A stretch of 64,000 nucleotides of DNA from Escherichia phage UE-S1. Below, piece by piece: positions 16,160-25,582 of the stretch. The stretch's first letter is position 1, and every line of letters begins with the position of its first letter. The position numbers were made by a program, and so were the translations under genes. The notes under the pieces are model-generated. The model saw nothing but the letters and a program-made list of their open reading frames with translations, was not told the origin of the DNA and searched no databases. The DNA is taken from sequence record ON568341.1. The stretch is one strand, 5' to 3'.

Positions 16160-16405
16160 ATGTTAAAATTTTTAAATTTCCTTATCGTCTTGTGTATTGT
16201 TCTTGGGATTGCACCGTTTGTACTGGTGTATATGGATTCAGATGAAATGCAAAAGATGAATTGCACAAAGACGGGACAGAGTAGAGAAGAGACGATTCTT
16301 ATGCCTGTTACCGTTATTGTTAATAATATGCCCATTACAAACATGGTCCCTAACCTAACGACAACGTACCAGTACTCTTGTACAGACGGGGAGAGGTGGA
16401 GATGA
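16160..16405 (+). CDS. hypothetical small membrane protein
   Basis: N-terminal hydrophobic segment FLNFLIVLCIVLGIAPFVLVY. Confidence 0.5.
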   Translation: MLKFLNFLIVLCIVLGIAPFVLVYMDSDEMQKMNCTKTGQSREETILMPVTVIVNNMPITNMVPNLTTTYQYSCTDGERWR

Positions 16406-16722
16406 AATTTAATATAGCAAAAACATCGAATGTATGTATATTTGGTTATGCAGATGAGTTAGGTGATCTTGACATTCTTTTGTACAAAAAGGATGGTGTT
16501 ATGCATTTCAAGTACCAGGATGAAGAGGCAGACAATTATCCTTTACCTAATTTAGTACAAATGCAGGAAGAGGAATTATTCCAGTACAGCTTAGTATATG
16601 ACATTGATATTTGCACGATGCCAGTACTAATTAATATTCAAAAAGTGATGCTCGATGTGTTTGATAGGCTAATACAAGGCACACAAGGAAGAACCATATA
16701 TGTCAATGTACAAGACAATTAA
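16402..16722 (+). CDS. FamB paralog
   Basis: motif EEELFQYSLVYD; ATGA overlap. Confidence 0.6.
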   Translation: MKFNIAKTSNVCIFGYADELGDLDILLYKKDGVMHFKYQDEEADNYPLPNLVQMQEEELFQYSLVYDIDICTMPVLINIQKVMLDVFDRLIQGTQGRTIYVNVQDN

Positions 16723-16915
16723 TCAAGAATGGAAGACCCAAAAATACAGAGAATTCAATAGGAATTTTACAAAAGACGAATTGAATATAAAAACAACAGA
16801 ATTTGATATGTTTATTTTTCTCGGAACACGTTCACAGGAGCAATTTGTTCATTATTATATAAATTCGTTGCGAACGGAGATAGTATGCAAAACAAAGGGT
16901 ATTATAAAAAGGTAA
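16700..16915 (+). CDS. FamA-like paralog
   Basis: motif LGTRSQEQFV. Confidence 0.55.
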   Translation: MSMYKTINQEWKTQKYREFNRNFTKDELNIKTTEFDMFIFLGTRSQEQFVHYYINSLRTEIVCKTKGIIKR

Positions 16916-17151
16916 ACCAACATTTGTACGCTACAAAGTACAGGGATTTTTGTTTAAAGGGTGGTGATGAAGATTTTTCTTTGCGATTATCAGAATTTAA
17001 TCTGTTATTTTATCTTGGTACATCGGAACAAGAAGAAATGGCACAGAAATTTATCAAGCACCTTGTACAAAAAATTAATATGCAAATTTTGATGCTTAAG
17101 TTACAGAATGAGATAAATGAATATGAACCCAACAATAGTACTGGATCTTAA
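16885..17151 (+). CDS. FamA-like paralog
   Basis: motif LGTSEQEEMA. Confidence 0.55.
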   Translation: MQNKGYYKKVNQHLYATKYRDFCLKGGDEDFSLRLSEFNLLFYLGTSEQEEMAQKFIKHLVQKINMQILMLKLQNEINEYEPNNSTGS

Positions 17152-17506
17152 AAAAGTAATATTTCTATTGAATGCCAGAAGTGAATTGTATACAGAGTTA
17201 AAAGAGATTAATGCATTTTATCAGAATTTTGTAATCCAAGAGTTCAGTGATTTAATTACAGATGCATTATTTGAATTCTCGGAGAAATACAAAGGAGCCG
17301 AGTTCAGTGTTAAGAATGTATTACGTCCTTTATCTAAGCGTATAATAAAATTGGATCATTTTAAATTTGACAATAAAGATTTATTCAGCTATAATCCTAA
17401 TACAGCTTTATATTTTATTCCTGATTCAGACAAAGATCACCCAATTCATTACGGATGGATTCTGTCGTACATAGAACAAGGAAAGGAGTATCCTATTAAA
17501 TGGTAA
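17117..17506 (+). CDS. hypothetical protein (129 aa)
   Basis: ORF track. Confidence 0.5.
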   Translation: MNMNPTIVLDLKKVIFLLNARSELYTELKEINAFYQNFVIQEFSDLITDALFEFSEKYKGAEFSVKNVLRPLSKRIIKLDHFKFDNKDLFSYNPNTALYFIPDSDKDHPIHYGWILSYIEQGKEYPIKW

Positions 17507-17660
17507 GATTATGGCGTTTAGATTATTACACAATTAATGTAAATTATTTGCTGAGTAATATAAAATCCGATTACAAAATATGGATAAAGAACAGAGATAG
17601 TATGTGTTATGAATTTTATTTAGATTATGCTATCAAACGATTTTTAAGAGAAGAACATTA

Positions 17661-17864
17661 GTGCAAAATAGTAATACGATAACATTAAATGCATTACAGG
17701 ATTCATTATTAGATAGTATTAAGATGTATTACAATATACATTTGAGGGGTGGCATTGATGATTATAATTATTATTTGAGTTTAATTGTAATTGAGCACCT
17801 TTCAGTACAGGACAGGATTTTACATCCTACAAATCCTATGTATCCATCAATAGGTAAATTATGA
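17661..17864 (+). CDS. hypothetical protein (67 aa)
   Basis: ORF track; ATGA overlap with next gene. Confidence 0.4.
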   Translation: MQNSNTITLNALQDSLLDSIKMYYNIHLRGGIDDYNYYLSLIVIEHLSVQDRILHPTNPMYPSIGKL

Positions 17865-18418
17865 ATGAGATAGAGTTATTAGCACACAAGATAAGTACAA
17901 TAATGCTTATCCTCAATAACAACCATCCTATATCGCAGATAGATGGAATCCTGAGTCAGAGGACAGGTGGTAGTTTATATTTGTCCATAAACGCAAATAT
18001 CGCAAGGAAATACATTGACATTGGTGATGTTGATGCTGAAATCGAATGTGATACAACTGGAATTGTTGATGTAGGTGCATTAATCAGTTCAAATCCTGTA
18101 TCAGTATCCCCATTGACCAAAGGTGTTAGTACAGGATTCGAAGGATATTTGTGGTATAATGCTAATGATAATTATTTTATATATCAGCATTCCAATACAA
18201 ATTATGATGAAGATAAATTTGAGTTCATTGACCCTTATGATGAAGCTGGAGTATTTCAACAATCATTAATCACAAAACCACATCAAATGATGTATCTAAT
18301 GTTATTCAGTACAATGAATTTGAATCCATTAATTAATGGTTTAAAGTTTTATATTCAATTGAATCTGGTTCATATAGTTTATGATTTATTAATGCAAGGA
18401 TATAGTTATGAAGTATAA
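17861..18418 (+). CDS. FamB paralog
   Basis: motif EAGVFQQSLITK. Confidence 0.55.
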   Translation: MNEIELLAHKISTIMLILNNNHPISQIDGILSQRTGGSLYLSINANIARKYIDIGDVDAEIECDTTGIVDVGALISSNPVSVSPLTKGVSTGFEGYLWYNANDNYFIYQHSNTNYDEDKFEFIDPYDEAGVFQQSLITKPHQMMYLMLFSTMNLNPLINGLKFYIQLNLVHIVYDLLMQGYSYEV

Positions 18419-18710
18419 AATGATGTATACTCCAGATATGATTTATGTTGAATTAGAAGACGATGACGACGGGTGGAATTTGATTTATTCAATTAGTTCA
18501 GGTTGGTACATGGCACATTTAAATGATAACAAAGTTACAGATTATTTTGTAGATTTCAACACCTTATCCGATGAAGAATTGTTTCAACAACAATTAGTGA
18601 TTGATACAGGTGGTTATGATGTGTTATTATTAAAAAAGATACAGAAAGCTGTTATTGATTTTAAGCCCAATATGTTGCAAAGGAAATATTATGACATCGA
18701 AGTACAATAA
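18408..18710 (+). CDS. FamB paralog
   Basis: motif DEELFQQQLVID. Confidence 0.6.
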   Translation: MKYKMMYTPDMIYVELEDDDDGWNLIYSISSGWYMAHLNDNKVTDYFVDFNTLSDEELFQQQLVIDTGGYDVLLLKKIQKAVIDFKPNMLQRKYYDIEVQ

Positions 18711-19044
18711 TGTATTTGATATTAAGAAATTAAAAGAATGGGTTTATAGTATTGAAATTGAAGCAATTCCTTATCATAGATACAAACAATATGATTTATG
18801 TAATATAGATATTCGTGAGTTGTACGCATATTATCAGAGTGCATTAGAGATGCATAAGATATTTTTGAGTTCAAATTACATGACACGTTGTAATGATGCT
18901 TTTAAAGAATTTAATAATTATAATTTAGTACAAAAATATGTAGTATCAAAGTACATGTACAATCAAGGAATTAAAGGTTGTATTGAATTCAATTCGGTCT
19001 TTGCTTTAGTTGAGATAATTTTATGCAGTACATGTCTGATTTAG
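18691..19044 (+). CDS. hypothetical protein
   Basis: ATG 18691 after AAGGAAA RBS; no FamB motif. Confidence 0.45.
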   Translation: MTSKYNNVFDIKKLKEWVYSIEIEAIPYHRYKQYDLCNIDIRELYAYYQSALEMHKIFLSSNYMTRCNDAFKEFNNYNLVQKYVVSKYMYNQGIKGCIEFNSVFALVEIILCSTCLI

Positions 19045-19520
19045 AGTTTAGTTTAGATGCTGCTTTTAAATTTGTACACAAGATAGAAACAATATATCGT
19101 ACATTATGTGCAATACGATTAGTAACATCTGAACTTGATGTTGGTAAAAGGTATCAGGTATGGAATAACACATTTCTAGACAAAGAGCGTTGTTCAACTG
19201 GGTTTAATATTTTATCATTTAATCCAAGTAATTGTTACCCAGAGAAGCATGAGCGTTATCCGAATGATGACATGTGGTTTGAGTACAAAGAAGATGGTGA
19301 TATGTCGTTCATTGAAGTTCCTGATGATTTTAATGCACAAGATTTAACTGAAGAATGGTGGTTCCAGCAGAATTTAGTCCACGATGATATTGATTTATTT
19401 TTTTATGTAGTATTTAAAATGCTTTATCATAACAAGATAGTACAAGATAGTGTATTTTTTTCATGTCTATATATTGATGATTTGTACAATGAAATTCAAA
19501 TCAACATGCCTGTATCGTAA
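19023..19520 (+). CDS. FamB paralog
   Basis: motif EEWWFQQNLVHD. Confidence 0.6.
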   Translation: MQYMSDLEFSLDAAFKFVHKIETIYRTLCAIRLVTSELDVGKRYQVWNNTFLDKERCSTGFNILSFNPSNCYPEKHERYPNDDMWFEYKEDGDMSFIEVPDDFNAQDLTEEWWFQQNLVHDDIDLFFYVVFKMLYHNKIVQDSVFFSCLYIDDLYNEIQINMPVS

Positions 19521-19545
19521 GATATGGGCTTTTTTTGTTTTGGTA

Positions 19546-19574
19546 TTGACATAGAAGTACAAAACTGTTATCAT
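19546..19574 (+). promoter_or_regulatory. sigma70-type promoter, extended -10 (TTGACA-17-TGTTATCAT)
   Basis: TTGACA 19546-19551; followed by strong RBS AAAGGAGGAA. Confidence 0.5.
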
Positions 19575-19600
19575 GGGTAATCATTTTAAAGGAGGAATTT

Positions 19601-20134
19601 ATGGCGAGTTTTATGGTTCCAAGTACATACGAAGATGCATCAAGTGCAGTGCATAAGGTTCATCATATTTTTAATTTAATTATTAATGCATCAAAAAATA
19701 AAATGTATGCACCTCTAGTGAAATTTAATAAAAATGAGGAAATTTTTGTTAGTACAGAACAAACGATTTTTCCATATTTCAATAAAGATAGATTATGGTT
19801 CATGCATTCAGTCGCATTACAAAGATATAATATAACAAGATCCAACGAAAATCATAATCCAAGATATTTGCATATATCGTTATACCATCCCGATATTGGA
19901 GAGGATGAATATTTTCAGTACAGCACAGTACACCACCATGAAGATATCTTTGCTGCTATGCTTATTGCTAAATTGAACACCGTTGATTTGGAGAAGCACA
20001 AATACAATAATAAATCATGTAAGATCATAATCCCTGCATTCATAGCTCTTTATGATTATGTGGTGCATAACAAAAAAGATGATACATATGCTTTCAATGA
20101 AGAGTATTTGAATTTTTTTAAGGAGAACATATGA
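19601..20134 (+). CDS. FamB paralog
   Basis: motif EDEYFQYSTVHH; RBS AAAGGAGG. Confidence 0.65.
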   Translation: MASFMVPSTYEDASSAVHKVHHIFNLIINASKNKMYAPLVKFNKNEEIFVSTEQTIFPYFNKDRLWFMHSVALQRYNITRSNENHNPRYLHISLYHPDIGEDEYFQYSTVHHHEDIFAAMLIAKLNTVDLEKHKYNNKSCKIIIPAFIALYDYVVHNKKDDTYAFNEEYLNFFKENI

Positions 20135-20661
20135 GCAGTACAACAGTACAGAAAGCAATGACATTCAATGAAATTGGTACATTTAAAGATAAGATCATTG
20201 ATTGCCTTGAATACATGATTTGTAGTAATATTGAGAGTATCGAAATATTTAACAAGAGAAATCGCTCTTACCATATGATGTACACTGCAAAAAATACTGG
20301 TATCATTCCATTTATTTCGGATAGCACAATATGGTACGCATGTGATACGAAAAAATACACAGCAGGTTCGTATAGCGTAGGGTCACATACGGAATTGATT
20401 ATTCCTGAGCATTGTATACAAGAAGAAGAATATTTTCAAATGCAATGTGTACATTCACCATTAGAGTTGTTTAGTTTATATATGATACCGTATATTTCTA
20501 AATGTGTTCATGAGAATAAAGCTCCGTGGAATCATGAATTTGTATCGTTGAAGTTATTGTATAATGTATTAGTAGAATATTATGATTACAGGCACAATGG
20601 TACAATCAGTGATGTATGGGATTTTGAATCGCTAAGGGTGAAAACATACACAGGTGAATGA
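20131..20661 (+). CDS. FamB paralog
   Basis: motif EEEYFQMQCVHS. Confidence 0.6.
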   Translation: MSSTTVQKAMTFNEIGTFKDKIIDCLEYMICSNIESIEIFNKRNRSYHMMYTAKNTGIIPFISDSTIWYACDTKKYTAGSYSVGSHTELIIPEHCIQEEEYFQMQCVHSPLELFSLYMIPYISKCVHENKAPWNHEFVSLKLLYNVLVEYYDYRHNGTISDVWDFESLRVKTYTGE

Positions 20662-21277
20662 TATGACCAGAATTAAAATGTATGATTTGATGCAGTACAG
20701 TAAAATTGCAATTCCAGTACTTAATAAAGTGCTGGATGCATTCATTGCCAAATACCCTGAGAATTCAGAGTTACGCATTCCATTTCGTGTACCAGATAAA
20801 GATGATATATTCCAAGTGAATGTCAGTACACGTGGTATTACATTGCAGCAGAAATACATGGATACAGAATATTATGGAATAAAGTTGGATTCAGTTCAGG
20901 GTTCGAAATCAGCCTATGATTTTTTTGTTCCTAATAATATAGAGTCATGGGAAACAAACATTTCAAAGAAAGATGAAAATGATGTTCCTATTAGCGGTGA
21001 ATTAAACAATAAAGTTTTTTATTATTACGAAACTGATAAATTCCCTGAAGAGTTATATTACAATTCAGAAATGAGTGAAGATGTAGATGCATTTATGTTT
21101 CAATTATCTTTAGTACATGATATCATCGACGTTCAAGAGTTAAGAGCAGAAATCAATTTAGCTAAAGAGTTGTCGGACATGTTGCCACCGTTTAGTATGA
21201 TTTTTTGTGAAGGAGGTTATTTTACAAAAGAAGTGTTTGAACATTTCGTAGATGTTGTAAAAGGGTTGGATATATAG
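20654..21277 (+). CDS. FamB paralog
   Basis: motif DAFMFQLSLVHD. Confidence 0.6.
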   Translation: MNDMTRIKMYDLMQYSKIAIPVLNKVLDAFIAKYPENSELRIPFRVPDKDDIFQVNVSTRGITLQQKYMDTEYYGIKLDSVQGSKSAYDFFVPNNIESWETNISKKDENDVPISGELNNKVFYYYETDKFPEELYYNSEMSEDVDAFMFQLSLVHDIIDVQELRAEINLAKELSDMLPPFSMIFCEGGYFTKEVFEHFVDVVKGLDI

Positions 21278-21278
21278 T

Positions 21279-21473
21279 ATGCTTACTGATGATATTAAAC
21301 AAAAATACCGTAAGTTTGATTGGTTCACCGACAGTTTCCAGCTTGAATTACTGCATTTGAATATAAGTGAGACATTATGTGCAGAAACACAAGATGAATT
21401 TGATGACAGAGTTCTTAACATAGTAATGCTTTCTTGCTTTAAACATTTTGGTTATTTTTTCGAACAGGATTAA
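21279..21473 (+). CDS. hypothetical protein (64 aa)
   Basis: ORF track. Confidence 0.4.
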   Translation: MLTDDIKQKYRKFDWFTDSFQLELLHLNISETLCAETQDEFDDRVLNIVMLSCFKHFGYFFEQD

Positions 21474-21481
21474 GGTACAAA

Positions 21482-21997
21482 ATGCATCAACACAAGCATC
21501 ATTCATATGATTTTGCAATTAACATTATGAAGTTCATTCGAGCGTTGGAGGATGGGAAGCTTAGTCATAAGTACAGGAAAGAGGGTAACAATTGGTTCAG
21601 AAATGATTCCGAGTTCAGGAGTCATAACATCGTGTATAGCAATCAGTACAGTGCCAATTACCTACAAGATGTAGTGATGTGTTTTGAATATGTATTGCAG
21701 TTCAGGGGTACAATCCAGAATGAATTAATGGATCACATGTACATCCGATACCTTCCAATGCATAAAGATGAAAATGCATTATTAGGTTCAATATACCAAC
21801 GAGTAAGGGAAATTGAGTGCAGGGATATATTAGATACAGAAGAATCGTATTTCCAGCAATCTCTTATTACTGCACCTGATTCATTACAGGCACATAATTT
21901 GTTTAATACATTACGTCAGAACATCAGTACAGACATATTTTTGTCATTATTGGATTATGATACATTTGTCAAAGATTTAGAGGAAATAGGTTTATGA
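21482..21997 (+). CDS. FamB paralog
   Basis: motif EESYFQQSLITA. Confidence 0.6.
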   Translation: MHQHKHHSYDFAINIMKFIRALEDGKLSHKYRKEGNNWFRNDSEFRSHNIVYSNQYSANYLQDVVMCFEYVLQFRGTIQNELMDHMYIRYLPMHKDENALLGSIYQRVREIECRDILDTEESYFQQSLITAPDSLQAHNLFNTLRQNISTDIFLSLLDYDTFVKDLEEIGL

Positions 21998-22350
21998 GTA
22001 TATTTTCGGTTTGTGTGGTAAACATAAAAAGTGATGGTAGTTTAATTGAATTTGAACTAGTTGATGACGATTATAATGCATATGGTATTAAAGTACAGGG
22101 CAATGATGTACAGTTCAGTGCAAGAACAGATTATGAAAATCCAGTCCATGTTCCTAATTTCATAGAAGATGAAGCAACCCGATTCCAATACGAAACGGTA
22201 TATGACAATGTACATATGCATATTGTTATGCAACAAAGTTTAGTTCAATTAGTTCCTTTGTTCAGACAAAATATATATGTACACGAGATAACGATTGGTG
22301 GCATAAGTAAATCCGTGTTATTCCGTACAATTGATTCCTATGATATGTAA
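21994..22350 (+). CDS. FamB paralog
   Basis: motif EATRFQYETVYD. Confidence 0.55.
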   Translation: MSIFSVCVVNIKSDGSLIEFELVDDDYNAYGIKVQGNDVQFSARTDYENPVHVPNFIEDEATRFQYETVYDNVHMHIVMQQSLVQLVPLFRQNIYVHEITIGGISKSVLFRTIDSYDM

Positions 22351-22359
22351 GGAAGTACA

Positions 22360-22908
22360 ATGAGTTTATTAGATACATTAGAAAAAGACAGAAGTGCAAT
22401 TAAGCGTTTAAAAGAGCAAGTACAAAAGATTGTATACAACGTTGATAAGTTTGAGGTTCCCGGAAGATTTGGTGATATTTCCCATACGGAGATCAAATCC
22501 CTGAAGTCAGATTTGTTGATTAAAAATAAAAATGAGTTGATTTTAGTTTTGAGTTCAGATATGATGGGGGCAAGATATGGTTTTAATTCAATATCAGTAC
22601 ATCCTAAGAGTGAAGGGTTATATCTATCACAGGGTTTCAATAGCAACGAGCAGAAGTGTTTTTGTGATGCCGTGCATGATCCTATGAAGTTCAGGAGAAG
22701 TGAAGCCCAAGCGTTATTAGAGCTATCAGACGAAAGTTTGTTTCAGTACAGTACAATATACGACAATGACAAGCTTCGTTGTATGTACGCAGTGAAGCAT
22801 TATGCACATGAGTTCTCTGGATTTGAATACCTTTTAGTCAGAACCAATACAATGTATCTTGATATGTTAGAAGAATACATCGATAAAGTTGTCAATGAGT
22901 ATTACTAA
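22360..22908 (+). CDS. FamB paralog
   Basis: motif DESLFQYSTIYD. Confidence 0.6.
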   Translation: MSLLDTLEKDRSAIKRLKEQVQKIVYNVDKFEVPGRFGDISHTEIKSLKSDLLIKNKNELILVLSSDMMGARYGFNSISVHPKSEGLYLSQGFNSNEQKCFCDAVHDPMKFRRSEAQALLELSDESLFQYSTIYDNDKLRCMYAVKHYAHEFSGFEYLLVRTNTMYLDMLEEYIDKVVNEYY

Positions 22909-23069
22909 TGAAAGAGTTATTTGAAGATCAGTTCAATACCTATGTGGATAATATTCTTTATTCCAGTCGTGACAGTCAACGAGGGAATCGTGCTTACAAT
23001 ATTGATTACCTATTAGTGGTACTGAGTTCACAGTACACACACGCTGTACAGAGGATGTATTATGAATAG
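22908..23069 (+). CDS. hypothetical small protein (53 aa)
   Basis: TAATG overlap with upstream gene; not in track. Confidence 0.3.
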   Translation: MKELFEDQFNTYVDNILYSSRDSQRGNRAYNIDYLLVVLSSQYTHAVQRMYYE

Positions 23070-23265
23070 TTATCACGATATTGCAAAGGAGAAGTTGGAG
23101 TGCAGTTTAGATTACGGTTTAAATGATTTTCTTACATGCACAATGTACAGGAATGATGATTATGAGCAATCCGTAATTTCGTTGCACAGATATTTCGAAA
23201 TAATTTACGCAAGATATCTTAGAAGGTTAGAGGGAATAGGGGATTGGAATTATGATTACGTTTGA
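23062..23265 (+). CDS. hypothetical protein (67 aa)
   Basis: ORF track. Confidence 0.4.
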   Translation: MNSYHDIAKEKLECSLDYGLNDFLTCTMYRNDDYEQSVISLHRYFEIIYARYLRRLEGIGDWNYDYV

Positions 23266-23497
23266 AGAGCCGGAAACAATGAGTCCATATACGATGAAAG
23301 GTTTTGAATTCATGATGGATTCGATTTTGAAGAGTTCGTGTTTAGTACACAATCCTGGATGTGCTACAGTGAGGGAATATCAGGACAATGCATTGCATCG
23401 TGTAATGAATATGTACAGGAATACGAGCCGTAAGCTTTGTGCGATTAAAAGGATTAAAGAAATCAAGGCTTCTAAGATGAATAAAATCAATCCGTGA
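23252..23497 (+). CDS. hypothetical protein (81 aa)
   Basis: ORF track. Confidence 0.4.
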   Translation: MITFEEPETMSPYTMKGFEFMMDSILKSSCLVHNPGCATVREYQDNALHRVMNMYRNTSRKLCAIKRIKEIKASKMNKINP

Positions 23498-23542
23498 GAT
23501 TTTTGAAATCTTCGTATTCATATATCATAAGGTTTAATAAAA

Positions 23543-24271
23543 ATGAAATATAAAGAATTTTGTATAAAAACATGGATGTACACTGGTGAATTGCTTACGT
23601 GTTGTAATTTGTACAAGCGTGATGTAAACTTCACAAAGGACAAAGTTATCAAGTATGAAAATTCTCAATTTTATTTGATGGATTTTAGTACTGGGTTTCA
23701 TGGTAAATCAACCGAGATGCTGGATTATACATTAATGGATGAGGCGGCACTATTTCAAGAATCATTAGTATTTGATAAGAAGTACATCTGTACATTAGAA
23801 GAGATGATTGAAATTCAGAATAAAATTAAATGTGTTCACAGGGAATGTATTGATAAATGGTGTAAAACTGGTGAAACTGATTTTAGTAATCATTTTAATC
23901 TAGGAGAAAGAGTGATGGAATTTGATTTTTTAATATCAGTGCATACATTCAAGAATACACATCAGTACTTTTGTAATTTAAACAAAGGTGATTTAATGCA
24001 CAGTGCGAATGAGTATATTCATTTTATGGATGGTAAATTCACATTCATTGATTACAGTTCATTACAATATCCACATCAAGATATGCCGGACTATACAATA
24101 ATGAATGAGGCTGAACTATTTCAAGCTTCATTAGTATTTGACAAGAAGTACATCTGTACATTTGAAGAAGTAATTACTATACAAAATGAAATGAAGGAGT
24201 ATGCATCTTTGAATAAACCCAATGAAGGTATTAATCAAGAATACAAATTCAATATAGAGATTCCAAAATGA
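23543..24271 (+). CDS. FamB paralog with two tandem copies of the conserved module
   Basis: DEAALFQESLVFDKKYICTLEEMIEIQNKIK and NEAELFQASLVFDKKYICTFEEVITIQNEMK in one 242-aa ORF. Confidence 0.6.
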   Translation: MKYKEFCIKTWMYTGELLTCCNLYKRDVNFTKDKVIKYENSQFYLMDFSTGFHGKSTEMLDYTLMDEAALFQESLVFDKKYICTLEEMIEIQNKIKCVHRECIDKWCKTGETDFSNHFNLGERVMEFDFLISVHTFKNTHQYFCNLNKGDLMHSANEYIHFMDGKFTFIDYSSLQYPHQDMPDYTIMNEAELFQASLVFDKKYICTFEEVITIQNEMKEYASLNKPNEGINQEYKFNIEIPK

Positions 24272-24627
24272 CATATGATTACTCTATGTACTATTATAAG
24301 TTACCTAAAGGATGGGACTTGTGCTGTAATCTTATTAAGGGAGACTCGGAACATGAGTTGAATTTATATATGCACTACAAAGATTCTTGTTTTAAATTTA
24401 TTCATGTATCACATGATGACTATGACTATGAATCTGAGAGTCTTATAGATTATACAGTACTGGACGATGGCGAACTATTTCAGGAAGCATTAGTGTTTGA
24501 TAAGAATAAGTACTCCTGTACATTTGAAGAAATGGTTTCTTTGCAAACTGAAATGAAGAGATTTGAAAAAGAAAACGTATTTAATCCATCCCCATCAAGA
24601 ACGAATAATTATTATTTCAATATATGA
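24268..24627 (+). CDS. FamB paralog
   Basis: motif DGELFQEALVFDKNKYSCTFEEMVSLQTEMK, near-identical to modules of upstream gene. Confidence 0.6.
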   Translation: MTYDYSMYYYKLPKGWDLCCNLIKGDSEHELNLYMHYKDSCFKFIHVSHDDYDYESESLIDYTVLDDGELFQEALVFDKNKYSCTFEEMVSLQTEMKRFEKENVFNPSPSRTNNYYFNI

Positions 24628-24636
24628 GATTATAAA

Positions 24637-25110
24637 ATGACATTACAGAGTTCATTGGAAAAAGCAAAGAAGATCCATGAGTACATGAATATGGCAAAAG
24701 AAGGTTCAGTTTACGGTGTTTTCAAAGACACAAGTACTCAATATTATGTGCCGGATAACCTCCTTTATAATGACTACTCAGATACAGAAACGTGCGTACT
24801 GGATACCGACCCTAAAGATTATGAATGTTTCATTGATATGCATTATGAGTACATGGTCTATATTAATGATGCAGATATTACCATCTACAGTACTGACAGC
24901 GATTCCGATGACATTATAATTCCGAGTGAAGTTCTGGAAGGTCCGTGGGATAGTGAAGAGTATTACTTCCAACAAAGTACTGTGTATGATGAAGAAGTTT
25001 TAGATGTTATTGTAATTATGTGGTATTTTAAAAGTATTGGTTCTGGGAACTTCTATTTCGATTACAAATACGTAAAGAAAACTGTAGATAACGGTATTAA
25101 CAGGGGTTGA
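24637..25110 (+). CDS. FamB paralog, subfamily B2
   Basis: N-terminus MTLQSSLEKAKKIHEY; motif EEYYFQQSTVYD..IVIMWYFKS. Confidence 0.65.
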   Translation: MTLQSSLEKAKKIHEYMNMAKEGSVYGVFKDTSTQYYVPDNLLYNDYSDTETCVLDTDPKDYECFIDMHYEYMVYINDADITIYSTDSDSDDIIIPSEVLEGPWDSEEYYFQQSTVYDEEVLDVIVIMWYFKSIGSGNFYFDYKYVKKTVDNGINRG

Positions 25111-25111
25111 A

Positions 25112-25582
25112 ATGAGTTTAGAAAGAGCATTAGAGATTGCGAAGTTAATTGATTTATGCAGCAAAGAAATTGTATCAAATTGTCTCAATGGATATCTATT
25201 CAAGGAAGGTAAATCATATTGTCGAATGAGATACGATGACAGTAGTGAGTATATTCACATGTATGAAGAAGACCTTGATGATTCCGAAATAACACTGAAT
25301 GGGTGTGATGTTAATCTGGAAGATAATTACATTTACTTCAGTCGTGGTGCTGATATTTTAATACAAGAAACATCAATTCAACATGTGAATCCAGATGTAT
25401 ATCTTCCATATTCAGTACTGGATAATGACTGGGGAAGTGAAGAGGTTTACTTTCAGCATAATACTATCTATGATGAAGATGTGCTTGACAAGCTTGTCAT
25501 TCTGTGGTACTTTAAGAACACTGATACTCCCAACTTCTATATGGATTTGGATCTACTACGAGTTATAAAAGAGGATATATGA
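25112..25582 (+). CDS. FamB paralog, subfamily B2
   Basis: motif EEVYFQHNTIYD..LVILWYFKN. Confidence 0.65.
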   Translation: MSLERALEIAKLIDLCSKEIVSNCLNGYLFKEGKSYCRMRYDDSSEYIHMYEEDLDDSEITLNGCDVNLEDNYIYFSRGADILIQETSIQHVNPDVYLPYSVLDNDWGSEEVYFQHNTIYDEDVLDKLVILWYFKNTDTPNFYMDLDLLRVIKEDI

